This document shows, one piece after another, positions 36,892 through 46,747 of a DNA stretch of 64,000 nucleotides. Within the stretch, counting starts at the first letter, position 1, and every line of letters starts with the position of its first letter. The notes under the pieces were generated by a model that worked only from the letters and a program-made list of their open reading frames with translations, had not been told where the DNA came from and did not search any database. The position numbers and the translations under genes were made by a program. Source of the DNA: Pseudomonas phage vB_PaeM_GXNNA8; sequence record PV400810.1. One strand, given 5' to 3'.

Positions 36892-39237
36892 TCAGAAGAG
36901 ATCCAACAGGACCAAGGGACTTCTTCGACTGACCACCCGAAGAGTGGCGACATTCTTATCGACGGCTGAGTAACTGAATAACCAGAGTTGATCACCTCCG
37001 GAGAATTGAATCAGTTTATCAATAACGTCCAGGTTATCCGTCTCTTTCATCGTTCCCTTGAATCCTTTCTCTATGAGATCGAAGTACTCCGGGAATCGAC
37101 TGCGCTTAATGATCAAGGGTTCTCCCGATGGATCCGGCAACGGCCCATTGCGCTTATTGATCACCGTGATGTGGAAGCGGCGTTCCAACGGTAGCTCCAA
37201 CTTCTTCTGAGCTTCTTGGATTAGCCCGCCCTCTTCACTTTCTACGCCATCGTATTTCCCATCGGGAACGAACAGTTTCATTTGTTCCGTCAGGTAGTTA
37301 CCCGGCCCTCCCGGTTCGTTGAACCGTCGGTACCCTTCAGGATGATCTTCTTCCAGGATCTTATCCAGCTCGTCGAAGTCCTCGACGATGTCGGTTACCG
37401 ACAGATGGTTCCGTGAGCTGGGTAAGCGTTCATACCCCAGGGAACTGACGAACCACGCATTCACCGTTGCGGTCAGACGAGTCCGAATGAACTCACCCAA
37501 CTCCTCATCCAGAATCCCTTCATCCAGGTACTCCTTAACCGCTTTCATCCGGTGGTAATACGACGGGGAGTGATCGTCCTCCTTAAAGTCTTTAAACAGG
37601 AACGGGAGATCGTTCTTGAGTCGGATTTTATCCCGAGCGTCGGAACAGGTGAAGGTATCCCAGATCGTAGCAGAGAACGACGTGGCGTTGGTCCCTGGCA
37701 TGTTCTTACTCAGGGCGGTGTTGGTCGTCACCACAGCCGCCATCAGCTTCTTAGACGTCGCGCTGACGATACCTTCGGACACCGTAACCACTGGGATCCC
37801 TTCCAATTCTTCACAGGTCTCCAGCGTGATCTCCAGGGACTTGGTATCTTCTACCACCTTCTCCACCGGCAGGACCACCACGTCATTACCGTCTTCCGTA
37901 GCTTCCAGCAACGGCAACAGCTTTTCAGGGCTAGACAGAGCAGTGACCATATCGAGTGTACGACTCCTTACAACAGTGCTGAACCAGCCGTTATCCTTTT
38001 CCAGGTCAATAATCACAATACGGAAACAACCCGGGAGGATACTCTCTTCTTGAGCAGACTGTTCAGGGTGGCGTTTATAAACCTTCTTTATCCGCTTCCA
38101 ATCCGTTTCCGGAATCAGATAATGCTTGGGTTTACCGATGTAATGGAAATAACTGGTGAGATCAAACTCATCCTTGTTCTTAACGGTCAGGTTTTCAAGA
38201 TCATTCCGGACCTTATTCCAGCGTTGAACTTCTGGGGGTTGGAACCGAGGATCTTCAGGGCGAGTATACCCCTGGTTGTCCCGTCTGGCCAGCTCAGCCC
38301 GTTTCCTCACCATTTCAAAGATGTCTTCAGTGGTTGGATCGTTCTGGGATTCCACGCCGTTGTTCGCTCCAAAGTTAGAATGAAGGAAGGCGGTTTGTGC
38401 TTCGTGGATCAGATGGCTCTCCGTCGTGGTTGGCGTCTTCACCTCGTACACCAGGGACGCATAAGGATTCGTACAACCTAACGTGTTACAGGCGAGGCTA
38501 AACGTATCCTTGAAATGCTCCAGGTTAGCGATCATTTTCTGGATTTCAGGGGTCAACCTATACGTGAACTGTCGGCCTGCCGGACTCTTGCACAACCAGG
38601 AGATCATCTCCATGGTTAAAACCGACCGATAGGCAAAGACTGCGGATCCCATATAGTCCGACGTCGTCAACTCCGAAGACCCTTGTTTACCCAGGACAAT
38701 CAGTCGCTGGACAAACATCGGCACAGAGGCCGTTGAGATAAAGCGGAGGGTTTCAGGGTACTTGTTCAGGTTGTTAACGAATTCATCCCGAATGGGACAT
38801 TTAACCGGGGTTTTAGGAACAAAACGAAAGTTTTCTAAGGTCTCCCGGTATTCGTTATAGAACGCCCCTTGCCGTCTTCCTAGCTGCTGAATCAATTCCA
38901 CCCCAGCACGGGAAAACTTCTCCAAGAAGAGTTGGTTACTATCTATTTCAGAATTCGCATTCTCCCGGATCTCCCGGAGCGCAGCGTCTTCATAGAGGGA
39001 GTTACCGTAGCGTTCCCAATGGATGGAACCCCCACCCCCACCCTGACTATTCCCTTGCAGGCCGTGTTCGAGGACACCACGGAGTTGCATGGACGGTGAC
39101 ATCTGGTTGTACATACCTTGACGGGCGCCAAGGCCCATCGCCGTACCAGAAGCCCCGGGGATGGGTGCATTAGGATCTATTGAGACGGTTCCTCGGTTGA
39201 CTTGTCCGGATGGACGGAGGATGTTTGCCATGGCCAT
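36892..39237 (-). CDS. large hypothetical (probably virion) protein, 781 aa
   Basis: Long ORF. The antisense 309-aa ORF 37552-38481 is Arg-rich and was rejected. Confidence 0.6.
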   Translation of the reverse strand: MAMANILRPSGQVNRGTVSIDPNAPIPGASGTAMGLGARQGMYNQMSPSMQLRGVLEHGLQGNSQGGGGGSIHWERYGNSLYEDAALREIRENANSEIDSNQLFLEKFSRAGVELIQQLGRRQGAFYNEYRETLENFRFVPKTPVKCPIRDEFVNNLNKYPETLRFISTASVPMFVQRLIVLGKQGSSELTTSDYMGSAVFAYRSVLTMEMISWLCKSPAGRQFTYRLTPEIQKMIANLEHFKDTFSLACNTLGCTNPYASLVYEVKTPTTTESHLIHEAQTAFLHSNFGANNGVESQNDPTTEDIFEMVRKRAELARRDNQGYTRPEDPRFQPPEVQRWNKVRNDLENLTVKNKDEFDLTSYFHYIGKPKHYLIPETDWKRIKKVYKRHPEQSAQEESILPGCFRIVIIDLEKDNGWFSTVVRSRTLDMVTALSSPEKLLPLLEATEDGNDVVVLPVEKVVEDTKSLEITLETCEELEGIPVVTVSEGIVSATSKKLMAAVVTTNTALSKNMPGTNATSFSATIWDTFTCSDARDKIRLKNDLPFLFKDFKEDDHSPSYYHRMKAVKEYLDEGILDEELGEFIRTRLTATVNAWFVSSLGYERLPSSRNHLSVTDIVEDFDELDKILEEDHPEGYRRFNEPGGPGNYLTEQMKLFVPDGKYDGVESEEGGLIQEAQKKLELPLERRFHITVINKRNGPLPDPSGEPLIIKRSRFPEYFDLIEKGFKGTMKETDNLDVIDKLIQFSGGDQLWLFSYSAVDKNVATLRVVSRRSPLVLLDLF

Positions 39238-40889
39238 GGTTCTCTTTTCTTGAGGCGTTTATCTGTTCGTTCGTAGAGTTCTTTAAATTGAGGGTCTAAG
39301 CCCGTTGTACGATTATTGATCAGATAAATGCTTGGATTAAGGAATCCCCGTGCATCAGGATTAGGATTCGTAACCCGTAAAAAACTATGAACAAAGGGAA
39401 GCGACGCGTGGGTAAAGGTTGAGCTGTCTGACGTGTCGAAGTCACCCCGTTTACGCTTACCACCACCGGTATAGACCTTGTGTTGGGGCATGCAGCCCAA
39501 CCCGTAGTCTACGAACGGATTATCCGTAGGGGTGGGTTCCAGGATAAGGTTGGCGTATTGTGCATTGTCGATCTCCTTAATAGGGAAATTGTGAGTCAAG
39601 AACCTCGCCACCTTTTTCTGGTTGATTTCCGAGTTGTTCTTGATATCGTGCTTGAAGTTATTGGCAGACGTCAGCAGACTGTCCAGCGTGAATTCCAAAC
39701 TGGCCAAGTCTTTATTGAACGCTGACGCACGGTCGGTGGTCTGGACAATCTCACTGCGGTTCGCAATGATGTAGTTGAACAGATCAAACATATTGGTCAC
39801 TACGATCGATTTAGCAGCGAACTTCTTAATCGAATCTTCATCCAGGTACTCCCGGATGGAATCGAAGTGCTCATACATCAAACGCATGATGTACTCGTCA
39901 CTGTCACCCGCCTTAACGGAACACCGCCCTATGATCAGCTTCCAATAGTCCGGATCATCCAACCGTTCAATATCAAAGTACGACGAACAACAGTTCGCAA
40001 TGAACAATAAAGCACAGCTGTACTGTAACCCGACTGCGCTCAGTTCCTTACGACTGCTAGACTTGTTCCGTACCGCAATACCGATGTCCAAACTGACATA
40101 ATCACCTAACGAAGGTTTATTATCCGAAGCACGCTTAGGACCGGTAAAGACTTCCCACCGGTCTTCTGCCTTGCATTCGTTAAGCAGCGCATCCAGAGAG
40201 CCTATACGGAAGTCACACTCCGCATATTCCTCCATGGCCGTACTGAAGCCCATGTCCGCAAAGATATACCACGCCAACAACGGAACAGGGGTCTTACTGT
40301 CCTTGATCTTCCGGGATTCGGTTGGACTGTAGAAGCGGTTAGCCGCCAGGTTGATGTCCGTGTGACGATGGGTCTCAATCCCTGTGTCGGTAAAGACTTG
40401 ACAGAAATTGAAATGCTCGATTCCAATCTTAAACTTGAAACCCAGCACTTTCACGAACAAGGCGTTCTCTTTCGTTACGGGTAGACCCTGTTCAGCGAGT
40501 ACGATCTGAGGATTATACAACGATCCCCTCAACCACAGATCCCCGTACTTATTCGTATACGGGAGCATCGTGTAGGTGTAAAAGTCCGTTAACTTACCCC
40601 CTCGGTCCTTATACTGGATCCAGATCTTAACCGGATACAGGCTTTCCTTATGGACATCGAAGACTTTACGACTGCTGTTGATCAAGTAGTCAATGAACTC
40701 CCGGGGTGAAGCCCGTGTGGTTTTCTTGTAAAAGACACCCCGTTTCTCAACACTTTTCAGAATGGCCCTCATGGAATGATCGAACACTCCTAACGCATTA
40801 CTAAACTCCTTCTGATGAAATCCATCCACCAGTAACTTATTGAACTTCGGCATGGAATTTTCAATGTGTTTAATGAGTTGCCGGTCCAT
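39177..40889 (-). CDS. hypothetical protein (570 aa)
   Basis: ORF co-oriented with and overlapping the downstream gene. Confidence 0.6.
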   Translation of the reverse strand: MDRQLIKHIENSMPKFNKLLVDGFHQKEFSNALGVFDHSMRAILKSVEKRGVFYKKTTRASPREFIDYLINSSRKVFDVHKESLYPVKIWIQYKDRGGKLTDFYTYTMLPYTNKYGDLWLRGSLYNPQIVLAEQGLPVTKENALFVKVLGFKFKIGIEHFNFCQVFTDTGIETHRHTDINLAANRFYSPTESRKIKDSKTPVPLLAWYIFADMGFSTAMEEYAECDFRIGSLDALLNECKAEDRWEVFTGPKRASDNKPSLGDYVSLDIGIAVRNKSSSRKELSAVGLQYSCALLFIANCCSSYFDIERLDDPDYWKLIIGRCSVKAGDSDEYIMRLMYEHFDSIREYLDEDSIKKFAAKSIVVTNMFDLFNYIIANRSEIVQTTDRASAFNKDLASLEFTLDSLLTSANNFKHDIKNNSEINQKKVARFLTHNFPIKEIDNAQYANLILEPTPTDNPFVDYGLGCMPQHKVYTGGGKRKRGDFDTSDSSTFTHASLPFVHSFLRVTNPNPDARGFLNPSIYLINNRTTGLDPQFKELYERTDKRLKKREPWPWQTSSVHPDKSTEEPSQ

Positions 40890-40901
40890 CCTACCACCTT
40901 A

Positions 40902-42053
40902 TCAGGAAGTACATAGTTTATACCCCGCAGCAAACACGGTTGCAATCGCCCCGATCGCCTTAGCCACTTCTCCCCAGTTGTTAGCGCTGGCCCGTTGGCG
41001 GGTGAACTCCAGATTCGCCTTACTCAAGGTCTTGTCCATTTCACTCCGTACTTTGGTCGCATCATTGTTGATTTGCAGCCGATTCACCTCCAGTTGACGT
41101 TCATTTCTCGCTTGCATGAGTTCCAACCGATGAGCACTTTTGAGGTGGGTCAGCTCGATACCCAACTCAACACTCTTACGGACATTCTCGTCTACCAAGT
41201 CCTTCAGTTTGGAAATCTCGTTATTGGCTGAACTCAGTTGTTTATTCAGTTCAACCACTTTCTTCTCGGCAGTCATTGCCCGTTCTGTATTACCCCCCAT
41301 TTCGCATTCCGCTTTGGTCTTAAAGATACCCAGGAAACCCAGGGTTTCATCGCAGAGATGGTCAAAGGTGTAGAATAGCTTCTTCGGTAGTGAATTACCG
41401 TAGGCCAATCCCACATACAACCCATGATCTTTATTCATCTCCCTGACCGTAGGGACCATTACCGCTTTACCCATGACATTGGTGTACAACGGGTTTTGAA
41501 CACTCAGGGGATCGTTCAGATACACGTAGTAATGAAGACCTCCCGGCTCATCACTCTCACTGATCCCCCACTTCATCAGGTCATTGAGGGTGTAGTCTGG
41601 CGTATTCAGGGGATAGAGATCGCTGGTATTCTCTTCCCGGTTATACAACGTGATACCGAGGATATCACTGTGGATCGGTTCACCTTCCAGGTCTTCAACC
41701 ACATCCCTGTTCAGTTTGATCGTGACGCCGAAGTCATGATACTGCCGAATGTCCACGTGCGACTCTTTGCTCGACACAAAGCTCAGGTGAGCTTGGATCT
41801 TATCAATCAACAGACGATCGAATTTACTCCGCGCTGCTGACTTATCAAAACTGAAATCACCGACATACAGACGATCGAATTTGATGTCAATCATCGCCCC
41901 GGGATACCACGAAGCCTCTAGCGGTTTGCGAATAAGGTAACTCAATCCCCCTTTCGCTTTGACAATAATCTGTTTGCTGCTCATATTAGTGATATCATAA
42001 GTCAGCCGGAAATGCCGGTAGGGTGAAACATCATTCATGGTGAGGATCCTCAA
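40902..42053 (-). CDS. protein with a C-terminal coiled coil and a terminal hydrophobic segment (383 aa; ATG at 42038 more likely than TTG at 42053)
   Basis: Heptad-like region KVVELNKQLSSANNEISKLKDLVDEN...LEVNRLQINND with terminal AIGAIATVFAAGYKLCTS. The + strand reads caa at 42051-53, so the listed start is a TTG. Confidence 0.55.
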   Translation of the reverse strand: MRILTMNDVSPYRHFRLTYDITNMSSKQIIVKAKGGLSYLIRKPLEASWYPGAMIDIKFDRLYVGDFSFDKSAARSKFDRLLIDKIQAHLSFVSSKESHVDIRQYHDFGVTIKLNRDVVEDLEGEPIHSDILGITLYNREENTSDLYPLNTPDYTLNDLMKWGISESDEPGGLHYYVYLNDPLSVQNPLYTNVMGKAVMVPTVREMNKDHGLYVGLAYGNSLPKKLFYTFDHLCDETLGFLGIFKTKAECEMGGNTERAMTAEKKVVELNKQLSSANNEISKLKDLVDENVRKSVELGIELTHLKSAHRLELMQARNERQLEVNRLQINNDATKVRSEMDKTLSKANLEFTRQRASANNWGEVAKAIGAIATVFAAGYKLCTS

Positions 42054-42110
42054 GTTAGTGTCAAGATCATCTGGTGCGCGGTCAGATAACCTATTGTCTT
42101 GTACCCAAGG

Positions 42111-42128
42111 ATAATGTAGGTTTAAAAT
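42111..42128 (-). promoter_or_regulatory. promoter-like 18-mer, copy 3 (ATTTTAAACCTACATTAT)
   Basis: Sits immediately downstream of hairpin 42160-42193 and about 72 nt upstream of the ATG at 42038. Confidence 0.5.
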
Positions 42129-42159
42129 ATTCCAATAAACGGTATAACTGCAAATATAA

Positions 42160-42193
42160 CCCTACCCACTCCCCGTTAAGGGAGTGGGTAGGG
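42160..42193 (-). terminator. hairpin ccctacccactccc-cgttaa-gggagtgggtaggg (14 bp perfect)
   Basis: Directly follows the codon-optimised probable capsid gene. Confidence 0.65.
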
Positions 42194-42270
42194 CTAATGG
42201 TACACGCAATTTCCGTGAGGTACCTACTAAGGCAGCTCTGGATACTCAAGCCGCCCGTAATTCGCAGGAC

Positions 42271-44496
42271 TCACGGACCGGCGTTTGGGTCGGGTTTCGC
42301 ATCCTTGATGTTCTCAACCTTGACACGTTTGACGGCCAGTTGGTTGATGAGACCTTTGTCGCTCAGCAGGTCTTCAGCATCTTCGATGACCAGAGAACCA
42401 ATGACCACGTTGAGCGGCCAGTGTTTGTAGCTCGGCAGGGTCATCACGACACCGAAGTCGCTGTTGTCACGCGTGATGTTACCCTGTACAACGACGTTCT
42501 CCTTCGATACCAGAACACCAATACCCGCCAGCGGGTTAATGGTTTCGTTGTTGGAATCGTTGGTCGGAACGATGTACATCTTACCGATCATGCTGTCGAA
42601 GTTGGTTTCAACCACTTTCAGGTTGTTGATCGGACCAATGGTCCGTGCATCACCCGAACGGAAGATGAAACGGCTCAAGTTCTGATGGACGACCACCGTC
42701 CAGGCGTTCTTGGTATTACCAGTGCTGTATTCTGCAATGGATGCCAAGCCGGACTTGGTGTTCAGGGCCGCAACGATATCGGCGATCTCGTTGGTAATGG
42801 CCGATGCCACCGACACGAACACATCCGAAGAACTGTTAGCCGAGATCACATCAGACAGCTTGAAGCTACGGTTGATGGCGATCGGACTCACAAAGTGCTG
42901 ACCCGCGAGCACTTCCGAACCTTGGTCGTTGGCAACCACCGGCTGACCAGTAATCGAGGTGACATACTCGATGTGCTTCTCAGCCGCTTGGAAAGCGTGA
43001 GCGGAGCACTGGTTGTTAATCACCACCGACATCTGGCTCAGTGCGAAGTCCAGGCTCGCCTGGTTGACGTCATCAGCCGAGATCGGGTATTTCACCGAGA
43101 TCGGGGAACGACGTTTCACCGACAGGTGTTTCTTGGCATCGTACACTTCAATCCGATAACCGAAGTTACCGCGGTTGGTATTCGATACATTCTGGGTGGT
43201 AATAGCGCCGATCAGTTTACCTTCGGTGAAGGAGCGCATCAGAGCCTTAACCGTGCTGTCAGCGAAACCGATCTTGGTGACCACACCGGTGGTGATGTTG
43301 CGAACAGCGGTGATGGTCACAGTACCCGGTTGCAGGTTGAACTCGTTGGTCTGGCGTTGGTAGCTACCAGTCAGGCGGAAGGCCAGCAGCGGTTCGTAAC
43401 CTGCGGACTTGAAGCTGGCGAAAATGGTTTCACCCACCACTTTGCCGTCTTTGTCGCTCACCGAGAAGCCCGGCAGTTGTTTGACTTGCAGGTTCAGTTG
43501 ACGCTCATCGCTGGACTGGGTGTTGCCGCCCGGTGCGAAGGTGTTGTTCGACATGGCGCCGGTTTTGATGAAGAACGAAATATCGGTGCCGTCCAACTTA
43601 CCGCTCGCGGCGATGAGAGACACGGAGATGGAGTTGGATTCGAGTTCGTCGGTGGAATTCCACGGACGTTGACCTGGCGCTTGGGTCAGGGCGAGCAGGT
43701 TCGGAATCGATACCGGAACCGCCAGCATTTGGGTTTCGTGCTCACCACGACCGTAGGCGTCACCTTGCGGGTATTTCACAGGACGCGGGGCGATGACACT
43801 GTCAGCAACGAAGAAGGCACGCTCTTCGCTCGCGGTATCTTCCGGGTAAACCGGGTAGACGGCCAGGGCTTCGTCTTTGAACATATCGCCGCTGCGGAGC
43901 AGGCCGAAGATCGGACGCAGTTCCGAAGCCGATTGCCACGGGGTGTTGCCGTACGCGTAGGTACCCAGACCCGCTGCACGAACGATCAGCTCGGCACCTT
44001 CGTCTTGATAACGCACACCGACGGTGGCGAACAGGGCTTCAGCGCCTTCGGTTTGAAGGTGGCTCTGGGCGTTCAGGGTCAGGTTGGCGGCACGGATCTC
44101 TTGCTCACGACCCTCGAAGTTCTGCATCGAGAAGCCTTCAGCACCTTCCACCTTGGCGAAGTTATCACCGGCTTCTTGGAAGATACGAACGCAGTCCATG
44201 GGGATCAGGTCACGGCTCTTGCGTTCCAGGATACCTTGGACGATGTCGTAAGTAGCCGAGTTGAAGCCCGTGTGCAGGTCCAGGCCCTCGGTACCACTGA
44301 CGTTCGGAAGCGAACGACCGATCAGACGGTTGACCAGAAAACCTTCCTGACCACCCGCACTCTGAAGAGTGCTACGGAAGTCTGCGAAGCTCTCGTTACC
44401 GGTGATGTTGGAAAGACTACCGGCTACCAGGGACTTGCAGACATCGCTGAAAAGATTGTTGTCTCCATTAATGGAGGTTCGTAGTTGCTTTGCCAT
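42271..44496 (-). CDS. probable major capsid protein (about 742 aa from ATG 44496, MAKQLRTSING...)
   Basis: Strongly biased 'optimal' codon usage (CTG, GGT, CGT, AAC, TTC, ACC) that differs from most of the window. It is followed by a strong terminator, has an AGGA Shine-Dalgarno upstream, and its size fits jumbo-phage capsid proteins. No fold was checked. The antisense 766-aa ORF is an artefact. Confidence 0.5.
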   Translation of the reverse strand: MAKQLRTSINGDNNLFSDVCKSLVAGSLSNITGNESFADFRSTLQSAGGQEGFLVNRLIGRSLPNVSGTEGLDLHTGFNSATYDIVQGILERKSRDLIPMDCVRIFQEAGDNFAKVEGAEGFSMQNFEGREQEIRAANLTLNAQSHLQTEGAEALFATVGVRYQDEGAELIVRAAGLGTYAYGNTPWQSASELRPIFGLLRSGDMFKDEALAVYPVYPEDTASEERAFFVADSVIAPRPVKYPQGDAYGRGEHETQMLAVPVSIPNLLALTQAPGQRPWNSTDELESNSISVSLIAASGKLDGTDISFFIKTGAMSNNTFAPGGNTQSSDERQLNLQVKQLPGFSVSDKDGKVVGETIFASFKSAGYEPLLAFRLTGSYQRQTNEFNLQPGTVTITAVRNITTGVVTKIGFADSTVKALMRSFTEGKLIGAITTQNVSNTNRGNFGYRIEVYDAKKHLSVKRRSPISVKYPISADDVNQASLDFALSQMSVVINNQCSAHAFQAAEKHIEYVTSITGQPVVANDQGSEVLAGQHFVSPIAINRSFKLSDVISANSSSDVFVSVASAITNEIADIVAALNTKSGLASIAEYSTGNTKNAWTVVVHQNLSRFIFRSGDARTIGPINNLKVVETNFDSMIGKMYIVPTNDSNNETINPLAGIGVLVSKENVVVQGNITRDNSDFGVVMTLPSYKHWPLNVVIGSLVIEDAEDLLSDKGLINQLAVKRVKVENIKDAKPDPNAGP

Positions 44497-44523
44497 GGAT
44501 ATAAATCCTGTTCGAGATGAGTA

Positions 44524-44567
44524 ACAAACATGTTTGTTGCGCAATAGAACTGCACATAAAATGTGCG
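44524..44567 (-). promoter_or_regulatory. two perfect palindromes upstream of the capsid gene: aacaaacaTGTTTGTT (44524-44539) and tgcacat-aaa-atgtgca (44551-44567)
   Basis: Perfect dyads 28 and 55 nt upstream of the ATG at 44496. Confidence 0.45.
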
Positions 44568-44578
44568 CAGCCTTTTAA

Positions 44579-45124
44579 TCAGGGGTTTTGAAGGTGGATC
44601 AGCTTGAACACTTCAGCCAGAGTCAATTCCCCTAAACCTGCTTTCGGTACAGGACCGAAATGACTTTCCAAATAACCGACCCTTGCATAAAGTGTTTCCA
44701 ATACAGCGGTTGAGATTGTTTTGGCTTGAAGTTTCTCCCAGCTAGCGGTGGCTTTATGTTCCCCTACCTCGACTCCAATGAGAATCACTTGACCATTAAC
44801 CGTCGATCGGAAATGATTGGCGGTACGAAGGAGGGTGGCTATTGCATCACTGTCCACCCCATTAAATGCTTCGGCTACCATCCCCGCATTATACCCATGA
44901 CCAAAGTACGCCGTAGGGTCAGGCATTTCTACACCAAAGACTTTGGCCGCCGCATACTGTAAAGCTACAAAGTTAGCCATTTCACCAAAGGTGATCTTGT
45001 CATGGTATGCAGAAATTTCTTTCAATCCACAGAGCGGGATGGATTGAGCCACCAGGGTGTCAACCAACTCCCCGGTTATCACATACAACTCGAACGGTAA
45101 ACCGTTAGGGTATTTAAAAATCAT
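44579..45124 (-). CDS. hypothetical protein (181 aa) immediately upstream of the capsid gene
   Basis: ORF only; a head-assembly role is a guess from position. Confidence 0.5.
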   Translation of the reverse strand: MIFKYPNGLPFELYVITGELVDTLVAQSIPLCGLKEISAYHDKITFGEMANFVALQYAAAKVFGVEMPDPTAYFGHGYNAGMVAEAFNGVDSDAIATLLRTANHFRSTVNGQVILIGVEVGEHKATASWEKLQAKTISTAVLETLYARVGYLESHFGPVPKAGLGELTLAEVFKLIHLQNP

Positions 45125-46682
45125 CTACTTTACACTCTCAGGGGTTAGCATGAACGATTTGCTGGTGTTAGTAAAACTGTTATCAGCAATATATCAGGCC
45201 AAAAAACTAAAAGACACGAACCTGATCGAAGAACTGACAGACTTACTGGAAGAACTCCCAGCCCCAAATCCCGATGTGATGTCTCAAGACCGACGTGTCA
45301 GGGACAGCATCCGGTCTTCAATTAGCTGGCTGCTAGACCAGTCTAATGACGATCCACTTATAAAATCGTTGCTGATGCAGCGGGTAGCGATCTTCTGCAA
45401 GAATGATGACAGTCTCAGGGATGCGGTGAATGTTGGGTTGGAAGACCTGGAAACAGAGGAACTGTCTCGTCGTCTGGTGTATAAACAGATCACAGAGATT
45501 CGTTCCAGTATGGAAGATGAGGTCTTCGAGAAGCAGTTCAAGAAAGCTATGAAAGAAGTCCTGTACAAGGACCTCGTTGATACCAAACCCGAAGACTTTG
45601 CTAAACTGATTGATTTGATCCAAGAGCGGGTGAATAACGCGTATGGGGAACGTCAATCCGAAGTGGTGAGTTCCGTCAATACGGCTACACCGGAAAGTAT
45701 GCTCGATATCATCGAGATGGCGAAGACGGAGAACAGTTCAGAAGGGATCATTAAAACCGGTATTCAAGGTCTTAATCAAGGATTGGAACCGGATGGAGGC
45801 TTACGTCGAAGTAAGATGTACCTCCTAGAAGCCATGACGAACAGAGGTAAGTCTTTCGGTATGGCTCACCTGATTGCCTCAGCAGGGATGTACAACAAAC
45901 CCATGCTGCGGAATAAGGCTAAGATTCCAACGATCCTGTATGAATCGGCTGAGGATGCCATGGAACTGGTGATTCGTCGGATCTACAAGCTGGCAGTAAC
46001 CACCAAGTACAAAGAAGACCGGGACTTTCAGGTGACTGAAAGCATGGACATTGTAACTGCTATTGCGGATTGCTTCCGGAAGAATGGGTGGTACCTGGTG
46101 ATTAACCAGATTGAAGCCCATAAAGACAATCGGGACAAGATGTTCGCTCGTGTACGGCAATTGGAACTCAAAGGCCATGAGATCATCCTGTACGGGTATG
46201 ATTACTTGGCGTTGCAGAATTTCGATAAACTCCCTGGGGAGAATAAGTCCGATAAACTTCAATTACTATTCCGTACTGTCCGGTCATTTATGATTGCCCG
46301 GGGTATTTGTTTCTTAACACCTCACCAGTTGAGTCCTGAAGCTAAGAAACTACTAAAAGAACTGGATGATGAGTCTGAGGTCTACTTCGCTCGGGAAGTC
46401 TCTGGTAAGTCAATGACAGAAACGTCTACGAAGATTACCAACGAAGTGGATGGTGTCATTACCATTCATGTGGCGAAGACGTCCATGAAGAATTACTTTA
46501 CCTGTTCCATTGGTAAACAACGGGGTGAAGGGTGTTCACCTGAGAAGCGGTTCTTTATTTATGATCTTGATCCCGTGTTAGGGCTTGTACATGACATTAA
46601 TGGTAAACCCGCCTTTAGACGGTCTTTGCAACAACGCTTTAATGAGAATGGTGATGTCGTGAAAGATTGGGACGCCATGTAA
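45057..46682 (+). CDS. DnaB-like (RecA-fold) helicase, candidate; true start probably the Met at about 45150
   Basis: The C-terminal half carries helicase-like motifs in order: RGKSFGMAHL (Walker A-like), LYESAEDA (H1a SLEMS-like Glu), IILYGYDYLALQ (Walker B, hhhhDYLxL), TPHQLSPEA (H3 SQLNR-like) and DGVITIH. Confidence 0.45.
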   Translation: MSTNSPVITYNSNGKPLGYLKIIYFTLSGVSMNDLLVLVKLLSAIYQAKKLKDTNLIEELTDLLEELPAPNPDVMSQDRRVRDSIRSSISWLLDQSNDDPLIKSLLMQRVAIFCKNDDSLRDAVNVGLEDLETEELSRRLVYKQITEIRSSMEDEVFEKQFKKAMKEVLYKDLVDTKPEDFAKLIDLIQERVNNAYGERQSEVVSSVNTATPESMLDIIEMAKTENSSEGIIKTGIQGLNQGLEPDGGLRRSKMYLLEAMTNRGKSFGMAHLIASAGMYNKPMLRNKAKIPTILYESAEDAMELVIRRIYKLAVTTKYKEDRDFQVTESMDIVTAIADCFRKNGWYLVINQIEAHKDNRDKMFARVRQLELKGHEIILYGYDYLALQNFDKLPGENKSDKLQLLFRTVRSFMIARGICFLTPHQLSPEAKKLLKELDDESEVYFAREVSGKSMTETSTKITNEVDGVITIHVAKTSMKNYFTCSIGKQRGEGCSPEKRFFIYDLDPVLGLVHDINGKPAFRRSLQQRFNENGDVVKDWDAM

Positions 46683-46702
46683 AGACAAAATGAATAATAG
46701 AC

Positions 46703-46738
46703 CCCCTACCCCCTAGCCTGAGAGCTAGGGGGTAGGGG
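46703..46738. terminator. bidirectional hairpin cccctaccccctagc-ctgaga-gctagggggtagggg (15 bp perfect)
   Basis: Lies between the convergent helicase (+) and the ParB-like (-) genes. Confidence 0.65.
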
Positions 46739-46747
46739 TATGTCACG

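Noticed and set aside
37552-38481. 309-aa plus-strand ORF, plus 37616-38053
   Set aside because: It is embedded antisense in the 781-aa minus-strand gene. It is Arg-rich with low complexity. The longer minus ORF fits the operon.
42184-44484. 766-aa plus-strand ORF
   Set aside because: It lies antisense to the codon-optimised capsid candidate. Its product is Arg/Val/Gly/His-rich with no natural domain texture. It breaks the minus-strand operon context and the flanking terminator/promoter geometry. It is an artefact of third-position GC bias on the true coding strand.
44498-44510. TATAAAT near the capsid gene start, resembling the T4 late promoter TATAAATA
   Set aside because: It reads TATAAAT on the plus strand, which is the wrong orientation for the minus-strand capsid gene. 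It also overlaps the start codon. It is likely coincidental.
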